From Intoshia linei (Eukaryota > Animalia > Orthonectida): DNA of 64,000 nucleotides. Position 1 is the first letter of the stretch. Every line of letters begins with the position of its first letter. This document shows, in pieces, positions 30,712 to 53,175 of the stretch. Where the stretch lies: assembly GCA_001642005.1 (NCBI GenBank), contig LWCA01000060.1:1142-65141 (forward strand), read 5' to 3'. A program made the position numbers and the translations under genes. A model generated the notes under the pieces. It made no database searches. It had not been told where the DNA came from and was given only the letters and a program-made list of their open reading frames with translations.

Positions 30712-33700
30712 ATGCAGGATATTCAACTCGAAAGTAATTTAAAATATCCACTCCACAAAGCGTCAATTGAAAATGATTATAACCGAGCTGTTAATCTTGT
30801 TAATGGTGGTGTAAATGTAGATGAAATTGATTTAAAAAACAAGACTCCTCTTTTTGAAGCAGTAATCCATTCTTCTTATGAGGCATGGCATTTAGTTTTT
30901 AATGTATATGCTTTTAATTTAGGTTGCTGAATTACTTTTAAAATCTGGCGCTAATGTTAATTTTGTTGGTCCAAATAATGAAACCTCACTTATATACGTT
31001 GTTATTTCTGGCAATGCTAAGGTTTTTGGTCATATTTTGAATATGATTGATATTTAATTTTATGTTTAGATGCTTTCTTTACTCTTGAAGTATAATGCTT
31101 CCAAAACTGTCAAAAATAATACCAATCAAACTCCGTTAGAATTGGCCAAGAATGAAGATATTGTTAAACTTTTAACCGGAAATGATGGTAATTTCTATAT
31201 TTTAATATTTCTTCTAAATGTAATAAATTGTATTGTACATTATAATAGTGATCAAGTATAAAAAAATGATATTTCTAAAATATTAATGCATTTCAACGAA
31301 TATTGAAGATAGTCTGACCATTTAAAGTTTTCTTTATATATACTATATACTATATATAAAGAAAACTTTAAATGGTCAAACTAACTTCACCGTTAGGAGT
31401 TGGCCGAAAATATTTTACAATAGTTATTATTTTAGTAATACTAATTTTAATTAATTAATTTAACTAATTTTAAGCCCTAAGGATATTTTTTCTAAATACC
31501 CATGAGACACCTTAATGTACATTGTACAAATCTCATGTCATGTTTTATTTGTGTTAACATAAAATTAGATGATTGCAATTTGATATCATATATTCCACAC
31601 AATCCTGCAAACTCAAAAACAGAAAAATTAATGTATATATTAAAAAAAAAATCACCTCCAATCCTAACTCAGAATTCAATCATTAAAAAAGAACCGATAA
31701 TCTTGCAACCTTCTCAATTAAAATATAAAAATGTTTCTGGACCTAAACCTAGACTATTAATACAGTACAATCCAAAACACAAAACTGGCACAGACTCAAA
31801 ACTCCGAATAATATCTTTAAATAAACATCAAACATCAAATTTATTGTCTAAACCAGATGTTAATAAATTTTCTACCTACAGGTTCATATCGATCAGTATT
31901 TTTTGTAATAATTTTTGCAGATCTGAATCGAATGTAAAAATGGAATCGGAATCAACTGCATCTGCTGAATATTTAGAGCCGAGAAAGAGGCGACATGTCG
32001 GTACAGACAAAAAAACGACCAAAAAACTAAAAAAGACGAAAATTAAATTTGATATTCCATTTGACAGACATCAACAAGTTATGGCACAAGTTGATGAAAT
32101 TATTAAAAATTATTCGGGAAATATTAAATTGAAATTACCTCCCAGATACGAACAGTTTAGATCAAGTATTTTTTTGTCATCTTTTTTATACATGTTTACA
32201 TTTTTAGTCAGCGATAATTATACAACAATTAATAATTTTTTGGATAGAACATCCGATGGCCATGTTAACTTTGAACCGGTAATTTAATCCTTAAATACAA
32301 CAATAACCTTGGAATGGAAATAATTTTAATTAATTTCAGTATACAAATAACGCATTTTGGCATGCTATTTATATACAGCAATTAAAGTTAAAATGTATAT
32401 TCAATAATATTATTTTTCACGCCCGTAGAAAGTTCTAGAGAAAAGAAAAGTAGTAAAGTAAGCTCTAGAAAATTAGATTTTTTATTTGCGGTTTGAAGTG
32501 GATTTTTTTCATAAGATTTCGTAAAATCGGATTTTTGAAAAGAATATCGGTGTAAGTCAATTTTTCCATGATGGCTTGAAATGGTATTCTTGATTAAATT
32601 TTATTAGTGGTGGGATTTTTGAAATGGTAAATTTTAAATATAATATAATCATATTTTCATAGTAATAACAAACATAAATCAAATACACGTATGTCTTCAT
32701 TTTTTTCGCGAAATCGTAAAATTCCCGGGAATTTTGTCCTGCCACAATCACTAGTTGGAATAAGATGTTTTTTTCATAAAATTTGGTAAAATCGTGTTTT
32801 TCAAAAAATTATTGGAAAATGGTATTTTATTCTTAAGGGTTGGTAAAATTGGATTTTTTATTAAATGATAAGGAAGTATTTTCGAAATAATAATGTAGCT
32901 GTTTTCTAGGCTTTGGGATAATTAACACCTAAAAACTTTGTAATAAATATTAAAAATGCTCCTATAAAAATTTTTCTATATTTTATTTAAATCTCATGAC
33001 CCAGGCATATAATTTTGGACCCCAATCTGGAACCACTGTTTTAATGTATAAAACATTCCGTTAACGAGGAATTAGCCAGTGCTATACATGGGATAAGTTG
33101 ATATAATTTTTATAGAGGGTCTTGAGTTGACCACACAAAATTTTTAGATTTAAAAAATTGATTCAAGTCTGTTAAATTAAGCTGAATATTAATTTTCCTT
33201 TGAGTGGGCGTTACCACCTGAAAAATTGAAAACTACTGTTCTAGTTTAGTTCATTAAAAATTAATAATTATAATACCATTTTAGAAAGTATCACCAACCA
33301 ATTTACCGGAATCCATGCACTCGTTTTACGAAGAACAAGAGTTGAATAGATTTGAAATGCAAATTGAGCATTTTTTTGAAAACGAAGCATTTTGTAAATT
33401 TTCTGAGCAACAAATCATGCGTCTGTATATGAGTTATTCAAGAAGCCTAGAAAACATAAAACATCCTTTCAGTGCAATGTATTTAACAAAACTGAAAAAG
33501 TATACTCTTTCAGAGGGTGCTATTGACACATTAGCCACGGAATCCTCCATTTTTGCGGTTTTTAAGACTTTACGTAATAAATTAAACTTAGGAACACACA
33601 TTACGTAGTTGTAAACTAACCGATAAAGTACTAAACGCTCATTTGAAAAAATTAAACCAAAAACTAGTAAAAAATCAGGTACCAATAATGTTATAGATAT

Positions 33701-33901
33701 TTACAAACTTGTAGGAAAAGCTGATAAATAGACACAAACTTGAAGCTAATGCACTTTTGGAAAGTCAAATTATGGTAACATTTCAATTAATAAATAAATG
33801 TACTAATATTATAGGAGTGGAAATGGAAATTTGGAGACATGTGCATTAGCTGCGTACCGAAAATCAATGTTATAGACAATTTTATAATTTATCCAAAGTA
33901 G
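30712..33901 (+). CDS. ANKRD11/ANKRD12-like ankyrin-repeat cofactor, much shortened
   Basis: N-terminal ankyrin repeats; C-terminal SPTNLPESMHSFYEEQE..EQQIMRLY..SRSLENIKHPFSA, RHKLEANAL..Q|EWKWK match the ANKRD11/12 C-terminal block. Confidence 0.8.
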
Positions 33902-34002
33902 TGTAGATAATAAAATTTTAATTCTATATTTTATTCAAAAAAATTAAATAAGATATAATACAATCAGAATATAAAAGGTGTTTATCCTAAAATGATTTTG
34001 AA

Positions 34003-37000
34003 CTAGTTGATAATGTGATTCATATTTTGAAAACTTTTTTGTATTCTATCGCAATAAATTCCTTCATCTTTTTGTGAAAATTCAAACGAGTTTTGTTTTT
34101 TGTAGACCAAAACATAGGCGTTTTCAATGGCTAGATTTTGGACACCGACATTAGAGTCGTTGTATATACGAAATGTTTTGTCAAATGGGTGTCTAACAAA
34201 GGAAGTATAATGGCCGACATTCATATTCCCTTCGTGGCATATGCATCCCAGGAGATCGTATTTTTCAGAATTTGAATTTACAACGAGACAAGAAACATCC
34301 AACGATTCGTAAGGAAATGTTACTCTTTTGTTAATTTTTATTGCGCACCCATTTCTAAAGATGTATCTTTTTATGTGTATAATGAGAGTATCTGGAACAC
34401 GCTCAATTAGCAATTGTTTCGATGCTTTAGATTTAGTTTTACAAGATGAACAATACCACGGGTTGTCTTCATCCAGTATTTCAGGTTGTGCAAATTTTTC
34501 CATGCAGTCTTGTATTTCAACGTAATCGTTAGGACAAAAACTATTCATAGAAGAATCATCGATCCAGTCTTTGGTTTGCTCAAATAAATCTTTAATTTTA
34601 TCAATGTATCTGTTCTGCATTATGGACCTGCCGCAATATATCTGTCTGTAACCATAATCTGAATATTTAAACAAAACTGTAAAATTAAGTCCTGGTTTAA
34701 TGACAATATTTTCGTCGACAATCACACACCCATGACATCGATCGGCCAATGAACATATGCCACAACTATGGCCATTAATACTATACAAAATTGAAACATT
34801 GTCATCAATTTCATCATCCAGGTCATTGACGACAAAAGAAATTAAAGCTTTCTTGAGAGAAACGAGTGAAACCACTTTAGGTACTTGAATTAAAAATGGG
34901 TTCGACAAGACGGTCCTGTCATAGTTGGGTTTTTTATGGGTAAGATTGTCGATAACATAAAAAATAGACACATTATAATTCATATTTTCGTTATCCGGTT
35001 TTACATTGCTGCAAAGTTCAAAATTAATCTCTTCAACGTTTTCTTTGCAACGATGACAGTTAAAGGAACTACCTAAAGAATTTAAAATTGTTGATTTCAA
35101 ACAATCTAGACAAACTGTATATCCACATACCATGTGAACGTACATGTGGTAATCAAAAAAGCAATCATAACAAATTGCACACTCGATGGAATTTACAACC
35201 ATGGTACGCCCCGAGGTGGATAAAGGAATGGAATCGCAGACTTCTACGAATTTTGGAAACGACTCGGTAATAGGTTCACTCTTTTCAATAGCAGTTCTTT
35301 CATCTTCGGGTGCATCAATACAATTTTCACTGCTGTTCACCCAATCCATGACTTTATCTCGTTGATATTCCTCGTCATGTGGTAAAACGTTCTCTTCTAA
35401 AGATTCAACACTTGAACTTCTTTTTTTTTCGCACATATCTTCCATCAATGAGCGATTAGTCTCGTCGTTCATAAAGAAAGAAGTGTTGTAGGAATCAGTA
35501 GTCATATTCATTTTATAAGTACGATTTTTTAAATATCCTAGAGTCACGCCTTTTTCTTTACCAACCAAGTTCTTCAACATTGTTGTCGGCATCTAAATAT
35601 TTATTTTTATTGTAATAAATACTTTTTTTTAAATTACAATGGGTTTGATGGCTGAAGCAATATCGATTTTATACAAAGAATAATTCTCCAAATTCAAATG
35701 TTCTCTAAGAAATGAATCCAAATGCATAGCTGATTCGTCGTTATTAAAAGTAAAACAAAATTTGAAATATTTCGAAGTCAAATCATGGAAGACAGAAACA
35801 ACTAATATAATGTACATTATTTTAGTCATATTTTAAATAGTAATAATAACACTGCACAACATTCAAAAAAGTTTTGGGTTATAAGTAAAGCGGCTAAAAG
35901 TTAATTTTTGTTATGTTTATCGGCATGAAATTACAATGATTATGATATTAATTAGCTAATTAAAATTTTATAAAGTTACAAAAACTACAATTTTATTTTA
36001 AAAGTTAATAGAGATGCTTACAAAATAATAAAAAACTGACGGATTTTTTTAAAAATATGGGAAGAAGTTTACCCTCGGAAATTTATTGTAGAAATAAAAT
36101 TGATCAACTATATCTAGAAGAAAATAATTCAATCAAAAAATATTGCTTCTTTTAAACAATATTTTTATATTTTCACTTAATACAAAACTTCTGCATGAAA
36201 TTAAGAAACTATTAGGCTTGTATTTATAGCGTCAGTATTTTAAATAGTTTGTCAGTAAAAATATTAAATTGTCAGTTTATATAATATATTGTCAGTATTT
36301 TCGGTGTCAGTATAAATAATTTATTAACCGTACTTAAATTGGAAGAGCAGTAAAAAAAATTATTTTGTCAGTACTTTAAATATACTGTCAGTATATCCTT
36401 GACAATACAGTATATACTGACAAATATGTAATTGAATTCTGACATTATAATAATTTTATTACTGACAAATAAAATACTTCCCAAATTATACTAGAAAAAA
36501 TTGAATGAATTCATCACTAGCATGAAATTTCTGAAATTAAAGAATAAGAATGTCATAGAGCTTTTCCATCACATTGGATCATCACACCATTTCGAATTTT
36601 TTCGATTTGACAAACCCAGAAATATAGTTTTTGACGGGTGTCTACTTAAATCCAACCATTTTTACTTAAATCCAATCATTTTTACTAAAAATCAAAATTT
36701 ACCAACACTAACAAAAATGGTTGGGTTTAAGAATATTCTCGTTTTTGACCCCTAAGGTGTCCAGGGACCTCTATCGGGAACCACTGCGTTAAATTGATCA
36801 TTAATAAATCATCAAATTGTTTATAATCCACGAAAATTTGCTATCTTATACAAAAGAGAAAAAATAACTCCATCCTAAAATGTACCTCATTGAAGATAAA
36901 ATATGAAAAACAAATGTATTCTGCTAAATATTTATTAAAACTTAAATAAAATTAAATTTACTAGTCAAAAAGTTACATCTTTTTTTTTACATTAAGCACC

Positions 37001-38247
37001 TTCATTCGTTAATAAACTTGCTAAAATGTTATCCCAAAACTCTACAAAAAATTTGTTTTATGGAATCCCTTTTTTTCGAGATTTGAAGGTTAAATCCTCA
37101 TTTAAACGTTTTTTAATTCTTTATTTCAGTAACCATCTCTCAATTTTCTTTCTAATTTTCTGAATTAACTTTTTCACAAAATAATAAAAGTTAACCAAAG
37201 CTTTTTAAAGTTTTAAATGTTGTGCCGTATTAAAATGTATTGTAAAAGAAAAAATTTGTAAAATAAAAACCTATCTGAACTTCAAATGCGCGAGTAATGG
37301 TGAGAGGCAAATAAGCAAAAGGTTCCTTAGTTTCAGACACATGTCCACAGTTTTGGCAAGAAATCTATATAATTATAATTATATAAAAATAAGATACATA
37401 CCCTGCTCAAATAGACACCATAGAAGATATCAGCTATACTTTCGTTAGATTCATACAGGTTTGTACGACAATATACAGATTCTTCGTTATCAGTAGACAT
37501 GTCGGTAATATTCGAGTTATTTTGTTTGATCTTAGGTCTCTTGGAATGTTGACTAATATCTTGACCAGTAAGTTCAATCCTAAGATTTTTTGTGGACTCA
37601 ATTAAGTAGTCTAATAAAAGAACCAAAAACTCCTGTCCATCGTGCTGTCGAAAGTTTGCAAACTGTTTAAAAACGTAAACAAATTTTTTTCTAAAATCGG
37701 ATGGTTTAAGAATATCAAATCGACGAGACCAGTATTGTAAAAATAATTTAAAAAATTCTTCTCTTATCCGATCACGCGTAATCTTGTAAATAGGAGACAA
37801 ATTAACGGACGTGGAAGGTAAACTATCAGAAATTTGATCGATCGACATATCCCCATTGCACTTTGAATCGTTGGGACTAGGTGGAGGTGATATAATGGAC
37901 GTGGGTACTTTCTCGTTACTGGAAACATCCAAAAAATCGTTACGATGCATAAGTTCATCTACAGAAAGCGCATCATCACATTCAAAAGAAGTGGCATTAC
38001 GTTTTCCTTTGTCACTTGAAATCATACATTCAATTTCTAGTAAAAAATTGTTCATTAAACCCGGATGATTGAGTAAAATTTGTAGTGCAGAATTCATGAA
38101 ACAGGTATTTCCAATATTATAAAACCCAACTATCCCAGCAGAGTACTTTACGGGTTCCTCCTTTTCCTCTTTAATAATATCAGCAAAGTTTACTTCATCT
38201 AGTTTTATTAACTACTAATTGAAACAAAAAATACCTTTTATTACCAT
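34003..38247 (-). CDS. Ubiquitin-specific protease (C19) with a large catalytic-domain insert carrying a RING-like finger
   Basis: Cys box GFYNIGNTCFMNSALQ, QHDGQEFL, EILDEDNPWYCSSCK, LIIHIKR, His box HEGNMNVGHY, YNDS, AYVLVY. Confidence 0.92.
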
Positions 38248-38443
38248 TTTATATTAATCAGTCTAAAAGTTTATTTTACGATGCGTTTTTATATTTCACC
38301 TTAACTAAAAACTTTATTGAAAGTAAAAAATGAAAAACGACATATGAAGCAATGAATTTATTGAAATAGTCATTAGAATAACAAGTATCCATTGGAATTT
38401 GGTATAAACTAGTTGAGCTATTATTGGTGATATACTACAGCAG

Positions 38444-39286
<843 letters not shown>

Positions 39287-39627
39287 TTAATTTTTTCTGT
39301 GAGTGTATAATTAATTCTGTATAATTAAAAATGTAATTTTAAGCATCTATTGCACGAGATCAATAAAATCAATTAATAATATAACCATGTGTTGTAAATA
39401 CATGTACTATATGAAACTGATGACGCATTCATATTTGTAGTCTTGGTTGATCTAAATACTTATAATTGTCTGTGAATTAATTCTCTTGACATTTATGTTG
39501 CCAAGAATTTGTTGCTATTACCTATGTAACCTATTTGCAAATTGCAACTTGGAATCCATATTATGGATTCAAATTGAATTCAAGTTGAATGTTTAATAGG
39601 TAAAATAATTGATACAAATTTAACAAT

Positions 39628-47909
<8,282 letters not shown>

Positions 47910-48043
47910 TGAACGTTTAAGTAAACCAATACATTTTTAAACACAACATTGTAATAGTAGTAATTAGAAAACAACTTTGCAATGTATTAGCTATAACGAT
48001 ATCGTATTTTTAGTGATTTGCAAATTGCAACTTGCAAGTATAT
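47910..48043. promoter_or_regulatory. Putative bidirectional promoter, HECT ligase / PSMD9
   Basis: Divergent ATGs 134 nt apart; TTGCAA repeats. Confidence 0.55.
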
Positions 48044-50356
48044 ATGGATACTGTGCACAAGATCTTTGATGAATGGGTTCAACTTAATGAGGAAAAGAAA
48101 CGTGTCGAACGGAATATGTCAATTAACAAGAATGTTCTTGATTCGGTTTGAGTTTATAGTTTCATTTTAAATGTCTTTTGTAGAACAAAGTTGATATGAA
48201 GAGTCGTTTAGTTGACACGGAAGGCTTTCCAAGAAATGACATTGATATTCCGTCAATCACTTCCGCCAAACATAAAATTAATTGTATATTTTGTCTATTT
48301 TGTCGATTTTGTTATATGCAATCAAGTACAATACATCATCTGGTACTGGAATGTTTCAAATTTGTATCAACTTTAAAAATTCTTTTAGTGCACATTGAAT
48401 ATAATATATATTGGAAAATTTTTAAATTAATATCAATCAAACAATATTGTTTGATCTAATAATTGTTTTGACTTTACGTTCATTTTAATCGATTAGAGAT
48501 AAAATCTTGGTACAATTTGCGTTCAGTTATTATCTAAAGTTTAATTTTTTTTGACTTGTAAATTAAAACGTAAGCTGAATCAAATTAAAATATAATTTTT
48601 TAGAAATGTTTATACTATTCTTGTACCCAGTTACCCTTAATATTACTTGACATAATTTTAATGTTTGTATTGATTTATCAAATCATATATTGAATTGAAA
48701 ATATTTAATACATGTTTGTTTTTGATTTGTATGAGTATATTTCTCTTGGCTTCTTCAAATGTGTTATTAAATATTAAACATTAAAATTTTTAATAATTTT
48801 GAAATCAACCATTCCCTTGATGTCTACGTTATTTGTCACAAATTTAAAACTTTTTAGGCATTTTTCAAATCTTGGCCATGATTTAATTTTTTTATTTACT
48901 ATATATATCTGTAGATTATAACCAGTATCTAATCATTATAGTTTAATGCCAGAAATCGCCTTTATTGGGGACATTTATAAGGGTTTGAAGACAAAATTGT
49001 CTTGAAATTGATGTAAATTATAAATTTAGAAATAATTATATAATATTTAAAATTTTGAAAATAATTTTGGTATGATTTTTAAGGAAACCTTTTTTTACAC
49101 AATTTTTAAAGATTTTGAACATAATTTTGGTAGGTTTTTAAGGGAACATTTTTTAAATATTTTGAAGATAATTTTTTGACCAAAATTTTCATAATTTACA
49201 TAAATAAAATTATTAAAAAAGCATATTCAGTTATATTTATATTTTGTACTGAGCACTGTTTAGTACTCACATCTTACGGGTCAAAAACCCAAATTGTTTT
49301 TTTTTGAAAAGTAAACAAGTTGGAGAATTTAAAAAAATATATACGCTGATACGGATTTTAAAATCATGAACATTATCATAATTTTAAATGCTGATGCGGA
49401 TTTTAAAATCATAAACATTATCATAAATTTAAATTTAAAAAAATACACTGATGCGGATTTTAAAATCATAAACATTATCATAAATTTAAATTTAAAAAAA
49501 TTATATTTTCAAAGCCAAAACACCAAATTACTTTTCTTTTTTTAATAAAAACAACCCTAGAATTTAATAAAATTTACAGGTGGTACAGTTGTATCCTATT
49601 AACACACAAAAAATTTCAATCTGAATAAGTGACGCCTTCACGGTCAAAAAAACATTTTATTATTCATATATTTTTTTTTCGAAATATTTTATTAAAACAA
49701 AAAATGTGAAATAATTAACGGTCCGAAAATTAAAAAAAAAGATTATTCTGATAGAGTGTATTCCAGTTAATATAAATTTAGGTTTAAATAATGACCACAA
49801 AAATGTTATGACAAAAATCGAAAATTTACTGCGAGATATTCACAATTTGGAAAATGAACAAAGAGAGCAAGTTGGTAAGCTTATAGCAAATTATTCAAAT
49901 GATATAAAAACGATAAAGAACCCACCATTTCTACTTGTAAAAAGCATTGATGTTAATGGACCTGCATTCGAATATGTATGCTTTATAAATTTTTATACGT
50001 GTAAATTACACATACGTGTTAATTATACATATGGTGTAATGAATTTTCAATGTTTTAAATAGGGACTTCGTAAAGACGACAAAATTACAGATTTTGGAAG
50101 TATCAACAAAAAAAATTATAGATGCCTCAATGACATTGCCCTTGTTGCGCGTCAAAATGAAAATGTAATTTTAAAACTTCATAAATATAACATATACGTA
50201 GAAAATTTTAAAAGTACATTACCAACGTCGCGAGCAATATCAAAAAGTTTCATTGACACCTAAAAAATGGAATGGGAACGGACTTTTAGGGTAATAAACA
50301 TCTTTATCAATGCATAATTTAAATTTAGATGTTTTGTGGTGGAAATAAAAGATTAA
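48044..50356 (+). CDS. PSMD9: 26S proteasome assembly chaperone p27/Nas2
   Basis: LVDTEGFPRNDIDI, CLNNDH, PDZ with GLRKDDKITDFGSI, LTPKKWNGNGLLGC. Confidence 0.93.
49345..49500. repeat. Tandem triplication (~48-57 bp units) within Helitron-derived intron DNA
   Basis: CTGAT(A/G)CGGATTTTAAAATCAT(A/G)AACATTATCATAA three times. Confidence 0.85.
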
Positions 50357-50509
50357 GATCAAATATACATGTAAAAATAATTTTTGTATTTAAAGAACAA
50401 GAAATAATTTGAAATAAATGGTTAGAGGTTAATTCTAAGTCAGTTTTCTAAATCATCACAATTTCTAAAATATATATAAGTCAATAAATAATTGAAAATA
50501 ATAAATGCA

Positions 50510-52979
50510 TTACTTAAGTAAATTTTTGATGGCATTATCAAGTGATTCTTCGCTTAGACATCTTCTGAGTAAATGTTTGAGCAATTCGACTAATAAGTCT
50601 TGTAAAATACCGGGAACAGAGGATTCAGTGCTAATTAAAACATTTATCAGGTTGTCTATATCTGGATTGGCAGCCCCGTATTTATTTAGAGATGTGGTAT
50701 ATGTTTTTGTACCTCGAATAATCTGTATTAGAAATGCCGAAGCACCTGAACACTTGTCTTTTGAAGTAGTCATTACAGAGCAAGATAATGATTTTTGTTT
50801 GACCATTTTTTGTTGCGAGAGTTTTTTTTTTTCATTCGTAAATATTTCGTTTTTTGGTGACAAATTTAACATATCCACTTTATTCTTAAATTCTTTAGAT
50901 TTTACTGTTAATTTGTTAGCTTTTGGAACTTCTACAACGTTTGTGTGATATGATACCACATCGTTTCGTCTCGCTGGAGGTTCTGGTATTCGTCTAACGG
51001 TGTCTGTATTTTCTTTTACTACTTGTAAATTTTTTGAAATTGAAGGTTTTTGTGATTCTAACGGCTGTTTGCTGCAATCGGTCATTTTGGATGGTATATG
51101 AGATTTACTTATTAATGGTTCACTTACTCTTTTAGGTGAAGAATTAGAGATTGGTTGAGATTTTTTTATTGTACCCAAATCGAAGGCAATGTGTCTAAAA
51201 TAAAAAATATATAAATTTTCATATCTAAAATCAAGTCCTAGAATTTTATACAACATAAATTGTGGGATAGTGTTTTAAATCAAACGTTATCATAAATTGC
51301 AAACTCGAAAACGTGCATTTTCAAGATCATAACTTAAGATTACCTTTTTTTTTTAAAATAAATAAATTTCATTATTATGAAATTTTTTCTAGCACCCCGA
51401 TGGTATTACATCCCCGGTTAAGAAACACGACTCTAGACAGAAAATAAACCAGTTTTGATAATTAGATTAAGTAGTAAAATTCAGGGCCGTTGAGGGCCAT
51501 CATGGTTGTAGGCTCTCTCCACGACCCTGGTACAATGTACCTAATAAAAAATATTAATAGTTATAATGAATTCCGTATACACTTAACGGACTTATCCGTG
51601 ACAGGATTCCAATACCACCATCTTCAATTTTGTTTTTTAGTTAAAAAACTAGAAATTTGATTCAAGCGTAATTTATTAAATATATCGCAAAATAAAAATA
51701 TTACCCAACACCATCTTCTGCTTTTACTCTATATAAAAATGAAAACTATAAAAATTCAATATTACGTATCATAGCTTAGTACTTCATCATCAAACATAGA
51801 TCCTCTGCTATTGAGATGTTGTTGGTAGGTTTGAATTTTATCTATAAGCACAGCGACCTTCTTGGCTTTTTTTATAAAACTGTGTTTTAAGAGTTCTTTT
51901 GTAGTAGATCTCTAAAATATAATTACTAGCAAGAATCTAAAATATTTTACTTGATTTGGATCTTTTTTGAGGCAGCAATCTACAAAGTCACGAAAAGATT
52001 TGGAAAATTTTGATTCTAGTTGTGGTGGAGGGTTTTTAGGTATACTCATTAATACTTTCATGGGATGCAAATCAGCCAATGGAGGTTCACCTCTTGCCAT
52101 TTCAATAGCAGTAATTCCAAGACTCCATATATCAGCCTAAATAAATTATAATACATGTTACAGATTGTTTGAATGTAAGTCGTTATTTACAGGAAAATTA
52201 AGTTTAACTAAACCCAAGAGTATTTTTATTACAGATTAAAACGGATTTTTTCTAGGGTTACCAAAATAAGTTTTAATAAATATCAACTAAATACATCAAA
52301 TAAAAAACCTTGATATCGTAAAATTCTTGTTGAATAACTTCTGGAGCCATCCAATACGGAGCTACATAAATAATGTCATACAAATGGTGTTAAAAATTAC
52401 TGCCAACAAAGGAATTTCTCCTATTCAGGGTTTCAGAGAGCTGCCCCGCGACTCCAAAGTCGGCAATTTTGACATTCCCCTTTTCAGTCAACAGAATATT
52501 GGCGGCTATAAATAGACTGAATGGTAGCAAAAAAGCATTAAACGAAACCTTTGACATCACGATGAACCTTTTTTTGTCCGTGTATATAATCTAACCCCAG
52601 GATAACTTCCCTAAGAATAGTCGAAATTAAGTTTTCTTTAAGTGGTCCTAAACTCATGATATCAAGAATAGAACCACCTCCCATATATTCCATGACGATC
52701 CAAAGTTTTGAACCCTAAATTTTTATAGTAAACCCAAATTACAAAGTTTACATCGACATAAGAACCAAAATAACGCGTAATATACTCGCTTTTGGACTGG
52801 GACAACATTTTGATTTCATTCTGAATACTGCCCAAGTCGTCGTCACTTTCTTCCATATCAATTATTTTTACTGCTACCGTCTGATTGTTGGACATGTCAA
52901 TCATTTTGTAAACGTCACCAAACGAACCATGCCCAATCTTTTCTAAACGTCTATATTTCTTATCCAATTCAGTTTTCAT
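50510..52979 (-). CDS. GCKIII Ste20 kinase (STK24/25/26-like)
   Basis: [70 protein letters not shown]-terminal PGILQDLL. Confidence 0.92.
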
Positions 52980-53175
52980 CTCCAATAAAGTCACAATGTT
53001 GGATTGTTATAATATCAAGTATTATATTGATACTTAATTCAGCGATTACAATTGACGCTAGAAAATATTTAACTAAGTAAACCTCTAAAACTATGGACAC
53101 TATTTCATTAAATAAATAATACATGCATTTGATTTTTGGTTTAGACTTTAAACAACAGGTTTATTTAAATTTACA

